The notes beneath the pieces were generated by a model, which was not told the origin of the DNA, did not search any database, and saw only the letters and a program-made list of their open reading frames with translations. The position numbers and the translations under genes are program-made. From assembly GCA_964601665.1 (NCBI GenBank), contig CAZROJ010000003.1, positions 1 through 48,907 on the forward strand: DNA of 48,907 nt. The letters run 5' to 3'. The stretch comes from an uncultured Pirellulaceae bacterium. Lineage in GTDB: Bacteria > Planctomycetota > Planctomycetia > Pirellulales > Pirellulaceae. Shown one piece after another: positions 1 through 9,579 of the stretch. The number at the start of each line of letters is the position of its first letter. The stretch's first letter is position 1.

Positions 1-2
1 AA

Positions 3-710
3 CACGAATCACTCAAGCCGGGCCGAGCTGCCCAACTCCGCGAACGATTGGCTGATCTTGGATGGTTTATGAAGTCGCTCAAAGAGCCTCTTTCGCGGCT
101 TTGCAATCGATTGGACGGTGTCAAGGGCACGTTTTGGGAGGCTCGTTATAAGAGCATTGCGATCTTAGACGAGGAGGCTTTGCTGGCGACTTGTGCTTAT
201 ATCGATTTGAATCCAGTCGCGGCCGGAATCGCTGAGACTCCCGAGAAAAGTAAACACACGTCGATAAAACAACGCGTCGGCCATGCCGATGAATGCGGGA
301 AAATAGTCGCCGTCAAGGCCGCTCGCAGAGGGAGTGTTGCGGGAAGTAAGGCCGCCGGAAATTTGGAGCAAAACCATTGGTTGGTTCCGATCGAGGATCG
401 ACGGCAGCTCCCGGGCAAACGCAATCGAGGTGCTCGAGAGGGCATGGTCGGTTCGTTTTCGCTGGGCAGTTATGTTTTATTGGTCGAGTACACAGGGCGA
501 TTGTTTCGCAATGGTAAAGCAAGGATGAGTACCGGCGTGAAAGACGTGTTGGAAAGGCTCGGTAGCAATCAAGAGTTTTGGTATGAACGCATCAAAAAAA
601 TGCTCAAAACCAACCAGCTGCGTGGCTGCTTTTTTGCAACCAAGTCTGAATCCTTCAAGGCAGCTGCGCAAAAACGGGGCATGCGAACGGCAAACCTCTG
701 TCCACAGTGA
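3..710 (+). mobile_element. Y1/HUH tyrosine transposase (IS200-like / REP-associated RAYT-like), 5'-truncated by the window edge
   Basis: Frame is open from base 3 (HESLKPGRAAQLRERLADLGWFM...). Contains WFMKSLKEPLSRLCNRLDGVKGTFWEARYKS and the catalytic-Tyr motif AYIDLNPVAAG typical of the Y1_Tnp/RAYT C-terminal half. The HUH motif would lie upstream, outside the window. Confidence 0.8.
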
Positions 711-810
711 TGCGTGGAGGGTCGGCAAACGACATTAAATTCTGAAGCGGGATTGGAATCTCAGGAAGCCGCGGACAATTGATGCTTACCCAATACCTGA
801 CGCAGATTTA

Positions 811-840
811 AAGCTTGCTAGGCTGACTCTAGCGAAGCTT
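811..840. other. Imperfect hairpin downstream of the transposase (possible element end or terminator)
   Basis: aagcttgctag (811-821) ... ctagcgaagctt (829-840), one bulged base. Confidence 0.35.
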
Positions 841-1088
841 TCCTCCAGCGAAAAGTAACATGGCGTCTAGCGATCTTGAGTTCGCGGTCTGGTGCTTCAC
901 GCTTTCGATTCGCAGAATCAAGCGACATTAACCACAGTCGGCTTGCAATCATCAAAACTGCCATGGGCGAACCAGCAGTGACCAAGACAGAAGAAGGTGG
1001 CTAATCGAATCTGGTTTTGGATTTTGGCTGTAGGCAACCCTGCTGCTTTCCGCCCTCGACAGACCCTGCGAAGTTAAATTGGCGTACG

Positions 1089-1119
1089 AAGGTAAAATGC
1101 CTACCAAGGTAAAATGCCT
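1089..1119. repeat. Direct repeat aaggtaaaatgcct x2, 17-bp period
   Basis: Copies at 1089-1102 and 1106-1119. Confidence 0.9.
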
Positions 1120-1145
1120 GTTCTTTTAAACCATTGAACCACTTT

Positions 1146-1193
1146 CTGCCTCAGTTGACGCCTGATGAGTCGATTGAAACGACACGAATTTAT
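1146..1193 (+). pseudogene. Short remnant resembling comM/yifB (Mg-chelatase-like AAA+)
   Basis: Encodes LPQLTPDESIETTRIY, matching the recalled ComM/YifB segment LP.LT..E.IETTRIYS that follows Walker A. No similarity continues on either side. Confidence 0.55.
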
Positions 1194-1248
1194 AATCCGT
1201 TGCCCAATGAGGCCTTGCAGATCATAATAGTGGACCGGAGAACCAAAC

Positions 1249-2199
1249 ATGTTTCAACCAATCAAGTTCGCAGTATTGCCGGTTGCATTGCTGTCGTTAA
1301 TGGCGTCGTCATCGATCGCCCAAAAGTCTCAAGGCGAAAAACCACGCTCGGTCCAGCGCGTGGCACGTCCGGCTTTCCAGGCGAACGAGTGGCAGGGTGT
1401 TTTTTTTGAAGATTTGTTTCGCGATGGATTGGTGGGCCCGCGTCCGGAGCCACCGAAAGTGGCGGCCGCTTTGGCGCAAAAGAGGCAAGATCAAAATTCG
1501 ATGAGTGGTAAAACTTGGTCGCGCTTTGTATCGGCAGCGACGCTGGAAGACGAAGTCAAGTTTTTGCAACAACAGCTCAGCCGAAACATCACCACGGCCA
1601 GCAAATTTCGAACCGAACATGTTAAGGCTCGGCAAGCTTTTGAACAACTGTCGTTAATGTTCGGAGTGATTCGCGAGTACGATTCGAAAATCCGCTGGAA
1701 AAACGACGCCGCGGTAGCTCAAAAGACTTTTGAAGTGGCCGCCGTGGCTGCCCGCACTGGATCTGAAAAGGCCTTTAATAGTAGCCAGCGTCGATTGGAA
1801 GAGCTGATCCAAATGGTTCGTGGTGATCGCTTTCCTGGAAAAGAAATACCGCCGGCGTCGCTGGAGTGGTCGAGCGTGATTGCTCATTCGACGATCATGG
1901 AACGCTTGCAAGAGTTTCAAGATCAATTGAAGACGGCGAGCTCTAGTGAAAAGGCTTTTAAGACCGAACGAGCGAAGATTGTGCACGCGGCCGAATTGAT
2001 CGCGATGATGGCCGAGACGGTGCAGCAGCCCGATATGGACTATGGCGAAGATGAAGACTACGCGGAGTTCGCCAAGCAAATGCAAACGGCGGCAACAGAC
2101 ACCGCCAAAGCGGCGAACGACAATAACTTTAACGTCATGTCGGCCGCCGCCAATCGACTGGGGCAGAGCTGCAACGATTGCCACGGAGTCTTCCGCTAG
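1249..2199 (+). CDS. Secreted c-type cytochrome (class II / cytochrome c'-like, C-terminal CxxCH)
   Basis: Signal peptide (..LLSLMASSSIA/Q), helical body, single heme motif CNDCH four residues before the C-terminus; GGAG RBS upstream. Confidence 0.8.
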   Translation: MFQPIKFAVLPVALLSLMASSSIAQKSQGEKPRSVQRVARPAFQANEWQGVFFEDLFRDGLVGPRPEPPKVAAALAQKRQDQNSMSGKTWSRFVSAATLEDEVKFLQQQLSRNITTASKFRTEHVKARQAFEQLSLMFGVIREYDSKIRWKNDAAVAQKTFEVAAVAARTGSEKAFNSSQRRLEELIQMVRGDRFPGKEIPPASLEWSSVIAHSTIMERLQEFQDQLKTASSSEKAFKTERAKIVHAAELIAMMAETVQQPDMDYGEDEDYAEFAKQMQTAATDTAKAANDNNFNVMSAAANRLGQSCNDCHGVFR

Positions 2200-2231
2200 G
2201 CAGCCGATCGTTTTTATGCTCTGTGTGGCTG

Positions 2232-2289
2232 CTGTTGGTCGGTTTATCTGTTGGTCGATTTATCTGTTGGTCGATTTATCTGTTGGTCG
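2232..2289. repeat. Tandem repeat, 16-bp unit ctgttggtcgatttat, ~3.6 copies, overlapping the msrA stop codon
   Basis: ctgttggtcg recurs at 2232, 2248, 2264 and 2280 with no unique spacers. Confidence 0.92.
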
Positions 2290-3001
2290 CGCCGCTGGGT
2301 TGTTTGACTTTGTCGCCGAAGATCTGTCTTAGCTTGGCCAGCTTTTTAGGGATGAATGCTTGGCAGTATTGGTTGTTTGGATTTCGCTTGAAATAGTTTT
2401 GGTGGTAGTCTTCGGCGATCCAAAATTTTTCGGCCTTCTTGACCTGAGTCACAATGGGCCGACCGAACACGTTGGCGGCATTCACCTTCTTTTTGTACGA
2501 TTCAGTTTTCTGTTTCTGTGACGGGCTGTGGTAAAAAACGGCCGATCGATACTGCGGTCCCTCGTCATTGCCTTGCTTGTCCCACGAAGTCGGGTCGTGC
2601 GTTTTTAGGTGAATTTGTAGCAGGTCATCAAATCGGATTATCTTTGGATCAAACTTGATCTGAATGACTTCCACATGGCCCGTGGTTTTTGTGCAGATCT
2701 GATCGTAGGTTGGGTTTTTCACGTGGCCACCCATGTAGCCCGATTTGACCGACTCAACGCCTTTTAGCTCCAAAAACACGGCCTCGGTGCACCAAAAACA
2801 GCCACCACCGAAGGTTGCAGTTTCTAGTTTTTTGTTGGGTGTTTTTTTCGTGTCGTCCGAGTTCGCTATTTTCTGATTCGATTTTTCTTGCTCGGCGACC
2901 GAGCCGAAATCGTTGGATGCGGTTTGGGCTTGGCAGCCGATGGATGAGGTCATCGCGGTGGCCAAAAAAAGCAAGAAAGCGAATGATGGAAGATAATTCA
3001 T
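2276..3001 (-). CDS. msrA: Peptide-methionine (S)-S-oxide reductase MsrA with N-terminal export/lipoprotein-like signal
   Basis: GGGCFWCTE active site, SGYMGG, GHVEVIQ, QGND.GPQYRS and AEDYHQNY motifs; hydrophobic N-terminus followed by SIGC. Confidence 0.95.
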   Translation of the reverse strand: MNYLPSFAFLLFLATAMTSSIGCQAQTASNDFGSVAEQEKSNQKIANSDDTKKTPNKKLETATFGGGCFWCTEAVFLELKGVESVKSGYMGGHVKNPTYDQICTKTTGHVEVIQIKFDPKIIRFDDLLQIHLKTHDPTSWDKQGNDEGPQYRSAVFYHSPSQKQKTESYKKKVNAANVFGRPIVTQVKKAEKFWIAEDYHQNYFKRNPNNQYCQAFIPKKLAKLRQIFGDKVKQPSGATNR

Positions 3002-3230
3002 TTTAGATTCCGTTATGTGGCCGTTGGGGTCCGATAGGGAGCAGCCCTTGGCCGGCTATATTTTGGTCGGGCGAACTAGTATTCGTGGTGGCCGGTGGCC
3101 GATTCGAAATTTGGTTTGCCCAGAAGGTTCGGAGTTGTTAACCGTCGGAAAATCCAAAGTCCAACTAGCGATCGATCGAGCGAAATTGCCGGACGCAATG
3201 ATACGGTTTTCAGCCAGCAAAGGAAAACGC

Positions 3231-3266
3231 AAAAAGCCTGATTTGAAATGAATCAAATCAGGCTTT
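3231..3266 (-). terminator. Rho-independent terminator of the Gfo/Idh/MocA gene
   Basis: Perfect 14-bp stem aaagcctgatttga / tcaaatcaggcttt with a 6-nt loop and a T-run on the minus strand. Confidence 0.85.
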
Positions 3267-3310
3267 GTAGGCGTGGTCGCAAAAATCGAATCCGTCAGCG
3301 GTCCGTTAGA

Positions 3311-4780
3311 TTAACTTGCCGCCGTTTTTGCACCGGCGTGAATCGAGTAGCCGTTGTGGTACTCGTGGCGAACCATTTTTTGAACCAGCTCGCTAGCGTC
3401 TTTGGCGATCATGTTTTTGGCGTCCCATTCAACTTTTTTGCCCGAGGCAACAGCCAGGTTGCCCAGCAAAATTGTTTCCGACAGCGGACCCGCGTAATCG
3501 ACAAATTCAGAAACGGCTTTACCGTTGCCTTTGATCGCTTCGGCGAACTCAGTAAAGTGCCCCGGCGACTTGACGTATTCAGTGTTCTTGAATTCGCTAA
3601 ACGGCGCATCTTGTTCGTCACTTGGTCGCGTGATCGTACGTTGCCGAGTAAATTCGCCATCGACGATTAGGCCGGTGTTTCGAGATTCGCCGCCGTAGTC
3701 ACCCGGCGAGTAGTACTTGCCCTTGTCACCTACGACCAATGCGGCGCTGCCGTAGTGGCGTTGCTTCTTGCCATTGTCGTAGCTTTGCTTCGGCAGGTCG
3801 GCCAAGAGTTCCGCTGGAGGTAACTGCTTGCCGTCGTACCAGTACATGGTTAGCGCAGGTCGGCCGTTGAGTTCGGGGAATTCGAATTTGATTTTCGACT
3901 GCGACGGATAGCAGACGCCATCGTGTTTGTCGTTTTCGGCTTCAACCGAAGTCGGGAATTTCAGGTCCAAGGCCATGTAAGACATGTTCAAAGTGTGGCA
4001 GGCCATGTCGCCGAGTGCGCCGGTGCCGAAGTCCCAAAATCCACGCCATTTAAACGGGTGAATCTCGGGGCTGTAAGCTCGATGTTTGGCCGGGCCAATC
4101 CACTCCTTCCAGTGAACCTGCTCGCTTCGTTTGTTCCACTCTTGAATCGCTTCGGGGTTGTCGCCGGGTTCGGTGCGAACCTTCAGGCCATAGCTTTGCG
4201 GCCAGACCGGGCGATTGGTCCAAACGTGGACTTCTTTGACGTTGCCAACGATCCCTTTGCGAATTAGAGCCGCTGATTCTCGCAGGTTGCTAAGTGCCGT
4301 TCCTTGGTTACCCATTTGGGTCACGATGCCCATTTCTTTGGCGACATCGCCCATCACTCGTGCTTCTTCGATCGAGTGCGTCAGTGGCTTTTGGCAGAAG
4401 CAGTGTTTGCCCATTCGCATGGCCATCAGAGCGGCAACGGCATGGGTGTGGTCAGGTGTGCTGACGGTCACGGCGTCGATGCTGTCGCCCATTTCGTCAA
4501 ACATTTTGCGATAGTCGATGTATTGTTTTGCATCGCCGAACTCAGCTTTTTTCTTGGCCAGGTTGGCTTCGTCGATATCGCAATAGGCAACCATCTTTCC
4601 ATGGTTGTGTGCGTCGGTTGAGTCGCTGGAGCCTTTGCCACCGACTCCGACACTGGCGAATCGAATTTCTTCGTTTGCCGATAGGCTGGGCTTCGAGGAA
4701 ACGCCTCCCAAAACCCAAGCACCGGCTCCAAGAGCGGCGATCGACTTGTTGAAATCACGACGGTTTGCACTGGTTCCCAT
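3311..4780 (-). CDS. Tat-exported Gfo/Idh/MocA-family oxidoreductase
   Basis: NRRDF twin-arginine signal; VGVGGKG Rossmann motif; VSTPDHTH, CQKPL, QMGNQG and GDMACH motifs. Confidence 0.92.
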   Translation of the reverse strand: MGTSANRRDFNKSIAALGAGAWVLGGVSSKPSLSANEEIRFASVGVGGKGSSDSTDAHNHGKMVAYCDIDEANLAKKKAEFGDAKQYIDYRKMFDEMGDSIDAVTVSTPDHTHAVAALMAMRMGKHCFCQKPLTHSIEEARVMGDVAKEMGIVTQMGNQGTALSNLRESAALIRKGIVGNVKEVHVWTNRPVWPQSYGLKVRTEPGDNPEAIQEWNKRSEQVHWKEWIGPAKHRAYSPEIHPFKWRGFWDFGTGALGDMACHTLNMSYMALDLKFPTSVEAENDKHDGVCYPSQSKIKFEFPELNGRPALTMYWYDGKQLPPAELLADLPKQSYDNGKKQRHYGSAALVVGDKGKYYSPGDYGGESRNTGLIVDGEFTRQRTITRPSDEQDAPFSEFKNTEYVKSPGHFTEFAEAIKGNGKAVSEFVDYAGPLSETILLGNLAVASGKKVEWDAKNMIAKDASELVQKMVRHEYHNGYSIHAGAKTAAS

Positions 4781-4816
4781 TAGGGTTCTCCGGGGTTTAG
4801 CAAAAAAGGGCTATAT

Positions 4817-4861
4817 TCTGACGAATTAGAAATCTGACGAATTAGAAATCTGACGACTTAG
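4817..4861. repeat. Tandem repeat, 16-bp unit tctgacgaattagaaa, ~2.8 copies, upstream of the oxidoreductase
   Basis: Copies start at 4817, 4833 and 4849 (third imperfect). Confidence 0.92.
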
Positions 4862-4913
4862 TTTAACAAAGCGATTCGCCCAATGCGAACTGAATCGTCT
4901 TCGGTGAAAGTTG

Positions 4914-6335
4914 TTAATCGTATTTTGACCGTAGTAGATCCACCATTTTTTTGACGGCCGCTTTTTCGGTGGGCGATTTCACGATTTCGATGGCTCGGTT
5001 TTCTGAAAGTCGTGCCTGCCGGCCGCGGTCGAGTTTTCGCATGAGCATGGCTTTTTGCAGCAAAGCTTCAGCGCGAAGGTCTTCGGGCAGCGATTGGTTA
5101 TCTGAAAACTCGTCCAACAGTCGCAGCGCATCGGCCTGTTTGCCAGCAGCAAACAGAACATCTGACTTGGCACCGACCAAATCGATCAGCAGGTCGAAGT
5201 TGCGGGGCGTTGCCGCGATGCCGTCGCTAAAGGTTGTGGCTGCGGCTTGCCATTTTTCATCTTTGCCCAGCAGTTCACCTTTGGCCAAAAACAAATAACC
5301 AATGTCCGGTACGGAGCGGTCTTGTGACGCGGCAATCTGACGGTCCAGCAGCCCGATCGCGTCCGCAACCTGCCCTGCCCCGGCTAAGACGTAAGCCTTC
5401 TTGGCCACCAGTCGTTGCTGAGTTGAGCCCGTGATTCCATCCAGTGCGATCATTTGGTCCAAGACTTTGGCGGCTGTTTCGGTCTGATCGATTTCTCGGG
5501 CTAGATTCAGTTTGATCTGCAAAATCTTCAGCCGCTGAGCATCCGAGAAAGTGATTTCGTTCAGCACTTCGTCGATGAAGTTCATCGTCTGCTCAGGCTT
5601 GGCGATCCGAGACATGACCAGCATGTCGGCTAAGATAACCTTTCGCATTTCGTTGTCGGCCGCGGCGTTCCATTTCTCTCGCAGGCCAAGTTCGTTGTTT
5701 TTGTCCAGCGAAACAATTTCATCAACGACGTCCGTGTAGTAGACCGAAACAATTTCCTCGCCCAAGCCTGAGATGGCAGCGTCCAGCAGCTGAGCCCGTT
5801 CGCTGCCCGTTTGCTTTTGTGCTGCGGCTAGGTTTTCGTCACGAGTGATTCGCTTCTGGTGGGCATCGATCATGACCTTGATAAAGTTTTCCGCGCCGCC
5901 TTCTTGGTAGCCGGCAAAGGCAAACGGTTTTAGATCAGTGTCAACCATGATCACGGTCGGAAAGTTGGCGACACCGAATTTGGTCGCCATGGCTTCGTTT
6001 TGTTGTTGAATTTTTTCCGGCAGTTTGACCGACTTGGGAAAGTCCAGCATCACCAAAACGTAATTGTCTTTCACGCCCGGAAAAAATTCAGGCTGCGAAA
6101 ACACTTCGGCTTCCAGCTTTTGGCAGGGCGGGCACCAGTCGGAGCCGGTGAAGAACAGCATCAAGTCTTTGTTTTCTTTTTCCGCTTGGGAAACGGCCGC
6201 GGCAACGTCCGTCCCAAATTTGTCATCCGCACAGTTTGCGAGCGTGAGGGAACAGAACAAGTTGGCCATGACCAGAAATGCAATGAGGCAGTTAAGTTTT
6301 ATTTTCTCTGGCATTGGGAATTTAAAGTTGGGCAT
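4914..6335 (-). CDS. Exported thioredoxin-family protein with C-terminal helical (TPR-like) repeats
   Basis: FTGSDWCPPC motif and cis-Pro region NFPTVI; N-terminal hydrophobic segment; long Ala/Leu-rich helical tail. Confidence 0.85.
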   Translation of the reverse strand: MPNFKFPMPEKIKLNCLIAFLVMANLFCSLTLANCADDKFGTDVAAAVSQAEKENKDLMLFFTGSDWCPPCQKLEAEVFSQPEFFPGVKDNYVLVMLDFPKSVKLPEKIQQQNEAMATKFGVANFPTVIMVDTDLKPFAFAGYQEGGAENFIKVMIDAHQKRITRDENLAAAQKQTGSERAQLLDAAISGLGEEIVSVYYTDVVDEIVSLDKNNELGLREKWNAAADNEMRKVILADMLVMSRIAKPEQTMNFIDEVLNEITFSDAQRLKILQIKLNLAREIDQTETAAKVLDQMIALDGITGSTQQRLVAKKAYVLAGAGQVADAIGLLDRQIAASQDRSVPDIGYLFLAKGELLGKDEKWQAAATTFSDGIAATPRNFDLLIDLVGAKSDVLFAAGKQADALRLLDEFSDNQSLPEDLRAEALLQKAMLMRKLDRGRQARLSENRAIEIVKSPTEKAAVKKMVDLLRSKYD

Positions 6336-6349
6336 TGAAGTTCATGCAT

Positions 6350-6380
6350 AAAAAAAGGCCAGCTCCACAGTGAGCCGGCC
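6350..6380 (-). terminator. Rho-independent terminator of dapL
   Basis: Minus strand reads ggccggctc-actgtg-gagctggcc followed by T7. Confidence 0.8.
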
Positions 6381-6399
6381 CTTGAATTGTATCAGGAAA

Positions 6400-7644
6400 T
6401 CAAGCTTGCGCCGTTGAATAGGCTTCCTTGATTCGTTGCAACGCTTCTTGCGTGTTTTCCAAACTGTTGAAGGCACTCAACCGGAAATAGCCTTCGCCAG
6501 CGGCTCCAAAACCGCTGCCGGGCGTGCCGACAATGTGCGACTTGCTCAAAAGCTCGTCAAAAAAGTCCCAGCTGGAAACGCCGTTGGGTGTTTTTAGCCA
6601 CACATAGGGAGCGTGCTCGCCGCCGTAGACTTCAAAGCCCACATCGGCCAAACCCTCGCGGAGCAACTTTGCGTTGTTCATGTAAAACGCAATCAAGTCC
6701 TTAATCTGGCTCTTGCCGGCTTCGGAGTAGACCGCTTCGGCACCGCGTTGAACCGGGTAGGAAACGCCATTGAACTTGGTGCTGTGTCTGCGATTCCAAA
6801 GCGAATGAACTGACTGAGTTTCGCCGGTCGAGGTTTTGCCCATCAGTGTTTTTGGGATCACGGTGAAGCCGCAACGAATTCCGGTGAAGCCAGCGGTCTT
6901 GCTGAAGCTGCGAAGTTCGATCGCCACATCGCGAGCGCCTTCAATTTCGAAGATCGAACGAGGCACATCGGGGTCGGAAATAAATGCTTCGTAAGCCGCG
7001 TCGTAGAAAATGATCGAGCCGTTTTCTTTGGCGTAGGCAACCCATTTTTCTAGAGTCTGGCGAGTCGCAACGGTGCCGGTGGGGTTGTTGGGGTAGCACA
7101 AATAAATCAGGTCAACTTTTTCATCAGGAATCGCAGGCTCAAAATTCGACTCGGCGGTCACCGGCATATAAACCAATTTCGCATAGCGTCCGGAGTCGTC
7201 GGCAACGCCCGTGTGACCCGCCATCACATTGGTGTCCACGTAGACGGGATAGACCGGATCCAAAACCGCGATCGTGTTGTCTTGGCCAAAGATGTCTAGC
7301 AGGTTGCCCGAGTCACATTTTGATCCGTCGGAGACAAAAATTTCGTCCGCCGACACATCGACACCTCGATCTTGGAAATCGTGTTTGGCGATTGCATCAC
7401 GCAAGAATTGGTAACCTTGTTCCGGGCCGTAACCGCGAAACGTGGCCTTGACTGCCATTTCGTCGACCGCCGCGTGCATCGCGTCGATGATCGCCGGGCA
7501 CAGAGGCTGGGTCACGTCGCCAATGCCCATCTTGATGACATTCGCGTCGCTGTTGGCTTCGCAGAAAGCATTAACGCGCCGGCCAATCTCGGGGAATAAA
7601 TAGCCAGCCTGAAGTTTTAAATAGTTGTCGTTTATCTGAGCCAT
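6400..7644 (-). CDS. dapL: LL-diaminopimelate aminotransferase
   Basis: [43 protein letters not shown] and the PLP-lysine motif [14 protein letters not shown]. Confidence 0.96.
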   Translation of the reverse strand: MAQINDNYLKLQAGYLFPEIGRRVNAFCEANSDANVIKMGIGDVTQPLCPAIIDAMHAAVDEMAVKATFRGYGPEQGYQFLRDAIAKHDFQDRGVDVSADEIFVSDGSKCDSGNLLDIFGQDNTIAVLDPVYPVYVDTNVMAGHTGVADDSGRYAKLVYMPVTAESNFEPAIPDEKVDLIYLCYPNNPTGTVATRQTLEKWVAYAKENGSIIFYDAAYEAFISDPDVPRSIFEIEGARDVAIELRSFSKTAGFTGIRCGFTVIPKTLMGKTSTGETQSVHSLWNRRHSTKFNGVSYPVQRGAEAVYSEAGKSQIKDLIAFYMNNAKLLREGLADVGFEVYGGEHAPYVWLKTPNGVSSWDFFDELLSKSHIVGTPGSGFGAAGEGYFRLSAFNSLENTQEALQRIKEAYSTAQA

Positions 7645-7716
7645 CAATTTGTCTCTTTGAGAGTTTTTTGCTGCAATTTTCTGGCCTAAGATCGCTAGGC
7701 CGTTGTCGGCACATCA

Positions 7717-9282
7717 TCACAAAATTAGCAAGGAAACACAAGTCACCAGCGTGTTATGAATCGCGTGCATCAACATGGGAGTCAGCAGGCTGTTGCGCCA
7801 TTCACGGACCAGCGAGAAACAAATCGCCAGCGTCATCAGGACTGGAATTCCCGCGATGCCTTGCGGGTGAATGGACGCAAAAATAAATCCGTTCAACACC
7901 GCCGAAAAGAAAATGCTGGCCCATCGAGCCCGAGTTTGCGACCAGTCGCGAAGGTGGCGGTACAGGACACCGCGAAACATCGTTTCTTCGACGATCGGAG
8001 CAGCCACGCAAGCGGTGATGAAGACCATCAACAGCATCGTAAAGTCACCCTCGGCGATGTATTCTTGAATCGGATGTCCCGGGCCAGTCTGCCGAGCGAA
8101 TTCATGGGTCTCTTGAAATAACGATGTGACCAATGAGTAAGCTGCCACAAAAATAAAACCGGGAATCAAACACGGGATCGTTGCGAGGTAAGACACGCCA
8201 GACTGAAGTACGTCGCCGGCCGGGCGATCAAGTGTCAGGCCGACGTCGAACCGCATTTGGCGAAACGAGATGCCACGAATGACGGGATAAAACAAACAGG
8301 CCAACGAACTAAAAAAGATCACCGGCTGCAGCATCATGGCCGATCGTTGATCAAGGTTGAGTGCGCCCAGCAGGATCGATCCGCCAAAGAAATAGGCCAT
8401 CCAAATGGCAAAGGTCTGAATGTAAAGATTGTGATCCGTCGAGGTGTGGAAGAAATAGGAAACCAGTCTTCGGTTGCGAATCATCACCGCCAAGCCGATG
8501 ATCAAGCCGAACCCAACGAGCAATGCTCCAAGGCCCAGGAAGACCATCAACCCCAAGCCCAAAATTCGCATCGCCGAATTCTGCAGCATCGAGTCACGTT
8601 GCTTTTTGGCCGTTGTTCCCTCGGGCAGTAGGAATAATTCTGCGGGGAAGCCGAGTCTTTCTTTGAGCAGCGTTTTGGATTCTTCGGGGATATCGGAGCT
8701 ATCGAATTCGTCGTTGGAATAGTCTTCCAATAACGCATCCATCGTCGCTCGCATCTTTTTTTGATCTTCGGTCAACTTAAATCGTTTGTCGTCCGGCACA
8801 TCGGAGGCGGCTTCTTCTTGTTGAAGTTCAGCGATGCGATCGTCGAGTTGAGCTAGATACGCCTGAGCACTCTCGGGGCCCTCGAGTTCGGATTTAAGCG
8901 AAGCATAGACAAGGCGTTGCTCGTAGCAGCCGGCATCCAATTCACTGGGAATTTCCGTGGGAGGCATTCCGCCGTCGGGAGCCGGCAGGATCTTGCTCAA
9001 ATTGTTTTGGCCGACCACCACCTTCGATTGAATCTCGACTTGCATTAAGTCAGACTTTTCGGCGTCACCACCGACTTGTTTGGCAGCGGAAAACTGTTCA
9101 AAGGCGACCAGCAGAACCAGCAAGGTCGTCAGTGTAAAAATGACTATCCAAGCCAACACGCCGCCGATCGAAAGCGGCCGAGAGCCGCGAGGTCCGATCG
9201 AGGGAGCCTGTGAGACATGACTCTTGTCGCTGCGGTATGGATTGTGTTCATTGCTGGCGGGAATCGACACTTGAAAATCCAA
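7717..9282 (-). CDS. CPBP (Abi/CAAX-II) intramembrane metalloprotease with a large soluble N-terminal loop
   Basis: EETMFRG, FASIH and HAIHN motifs; multiple TM segments. Confidence 0.88.
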   Translation of the reverse strand: MDFQVSIPASNEHNPYRSDKSHVSQAPSIGPRGSRPLSIGGVLAWIVIFTLTTLLVLLVAFEQFSAAKQVGGDAEKSDLMQVEIQSKVVVGQNNLSKILPAPDGGMPPTEIPSELDAGCYEQRLVYASLKSELEGPESAQAYLAQLDDRIAELQQEEAASDVPDDKRFKLTEDQKKMRATMDALLEDYSNDEFDSSDIPEESKTLLKERLGFPAELFLLPEGTTAKKQRDSMLQNSAMRILGLGLMVFLGLGALLVGFGLIIGLAVMIRNRRLVSYFFHTSTDHNLYIQTFAIWMAYFFGGSILLGALNLDQRSAMMLQPVIFFSSLACLFYPVIRGISFRQMRFDVGLTLDRPAGDVLQSGVSYLATIPCLIPGFIFVAAYSLVTSLFQETHEFARQTGPGHPIQEYIAEGDFTMLLMVFITACVAAPIVEETMFRGVLYRHLRDWSQTRARWASIFFSAVLNGFIFASIHPQGIAGIPVLMTLAICFSLVREWRNSLLTPMLMHAIHNTLVTCVSLLIL

Positions 9283-9579
9283 ATTAAAGGCGGTGGTTGA
9301 TCGAAAAGGAATTGTTTCCGCTTCAGCCGGCGAGCAGCGGTTGAGCGAGCGTTCAAAGTTGCGGATCGATTATTTATCGCTGCAAAGTTTACTTAACAGT
9401 GGCTGTAATAACTATCACTAACCAGTCCGCAACCAGCCGGAGTTCGCAACGAATGGAAGTTGCCGAAGAAAGGTCTATAATCGTCGTTTGTTGGAATTGG
9501 TTGCCCGGCCGCAGATTTTACGGTTCCAGTCGGCTATGGTTTTGAATTGCCATTTCAACTTGGAAAGTAAGAGGTCAAA

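Noticed and set aside
1134-1409. 91-aa ORF as a real gene
   Set aside because: Mostly overlaps the cytochrome gene out of frame; only the 16-codon comM-like piece looks meaningful.
2232-2289. Possible mini-CRISPR array (also 4817-4861)
   Set aside because: Units are 16 bp, head-to-tail, with no unique spacers and no cas genes.
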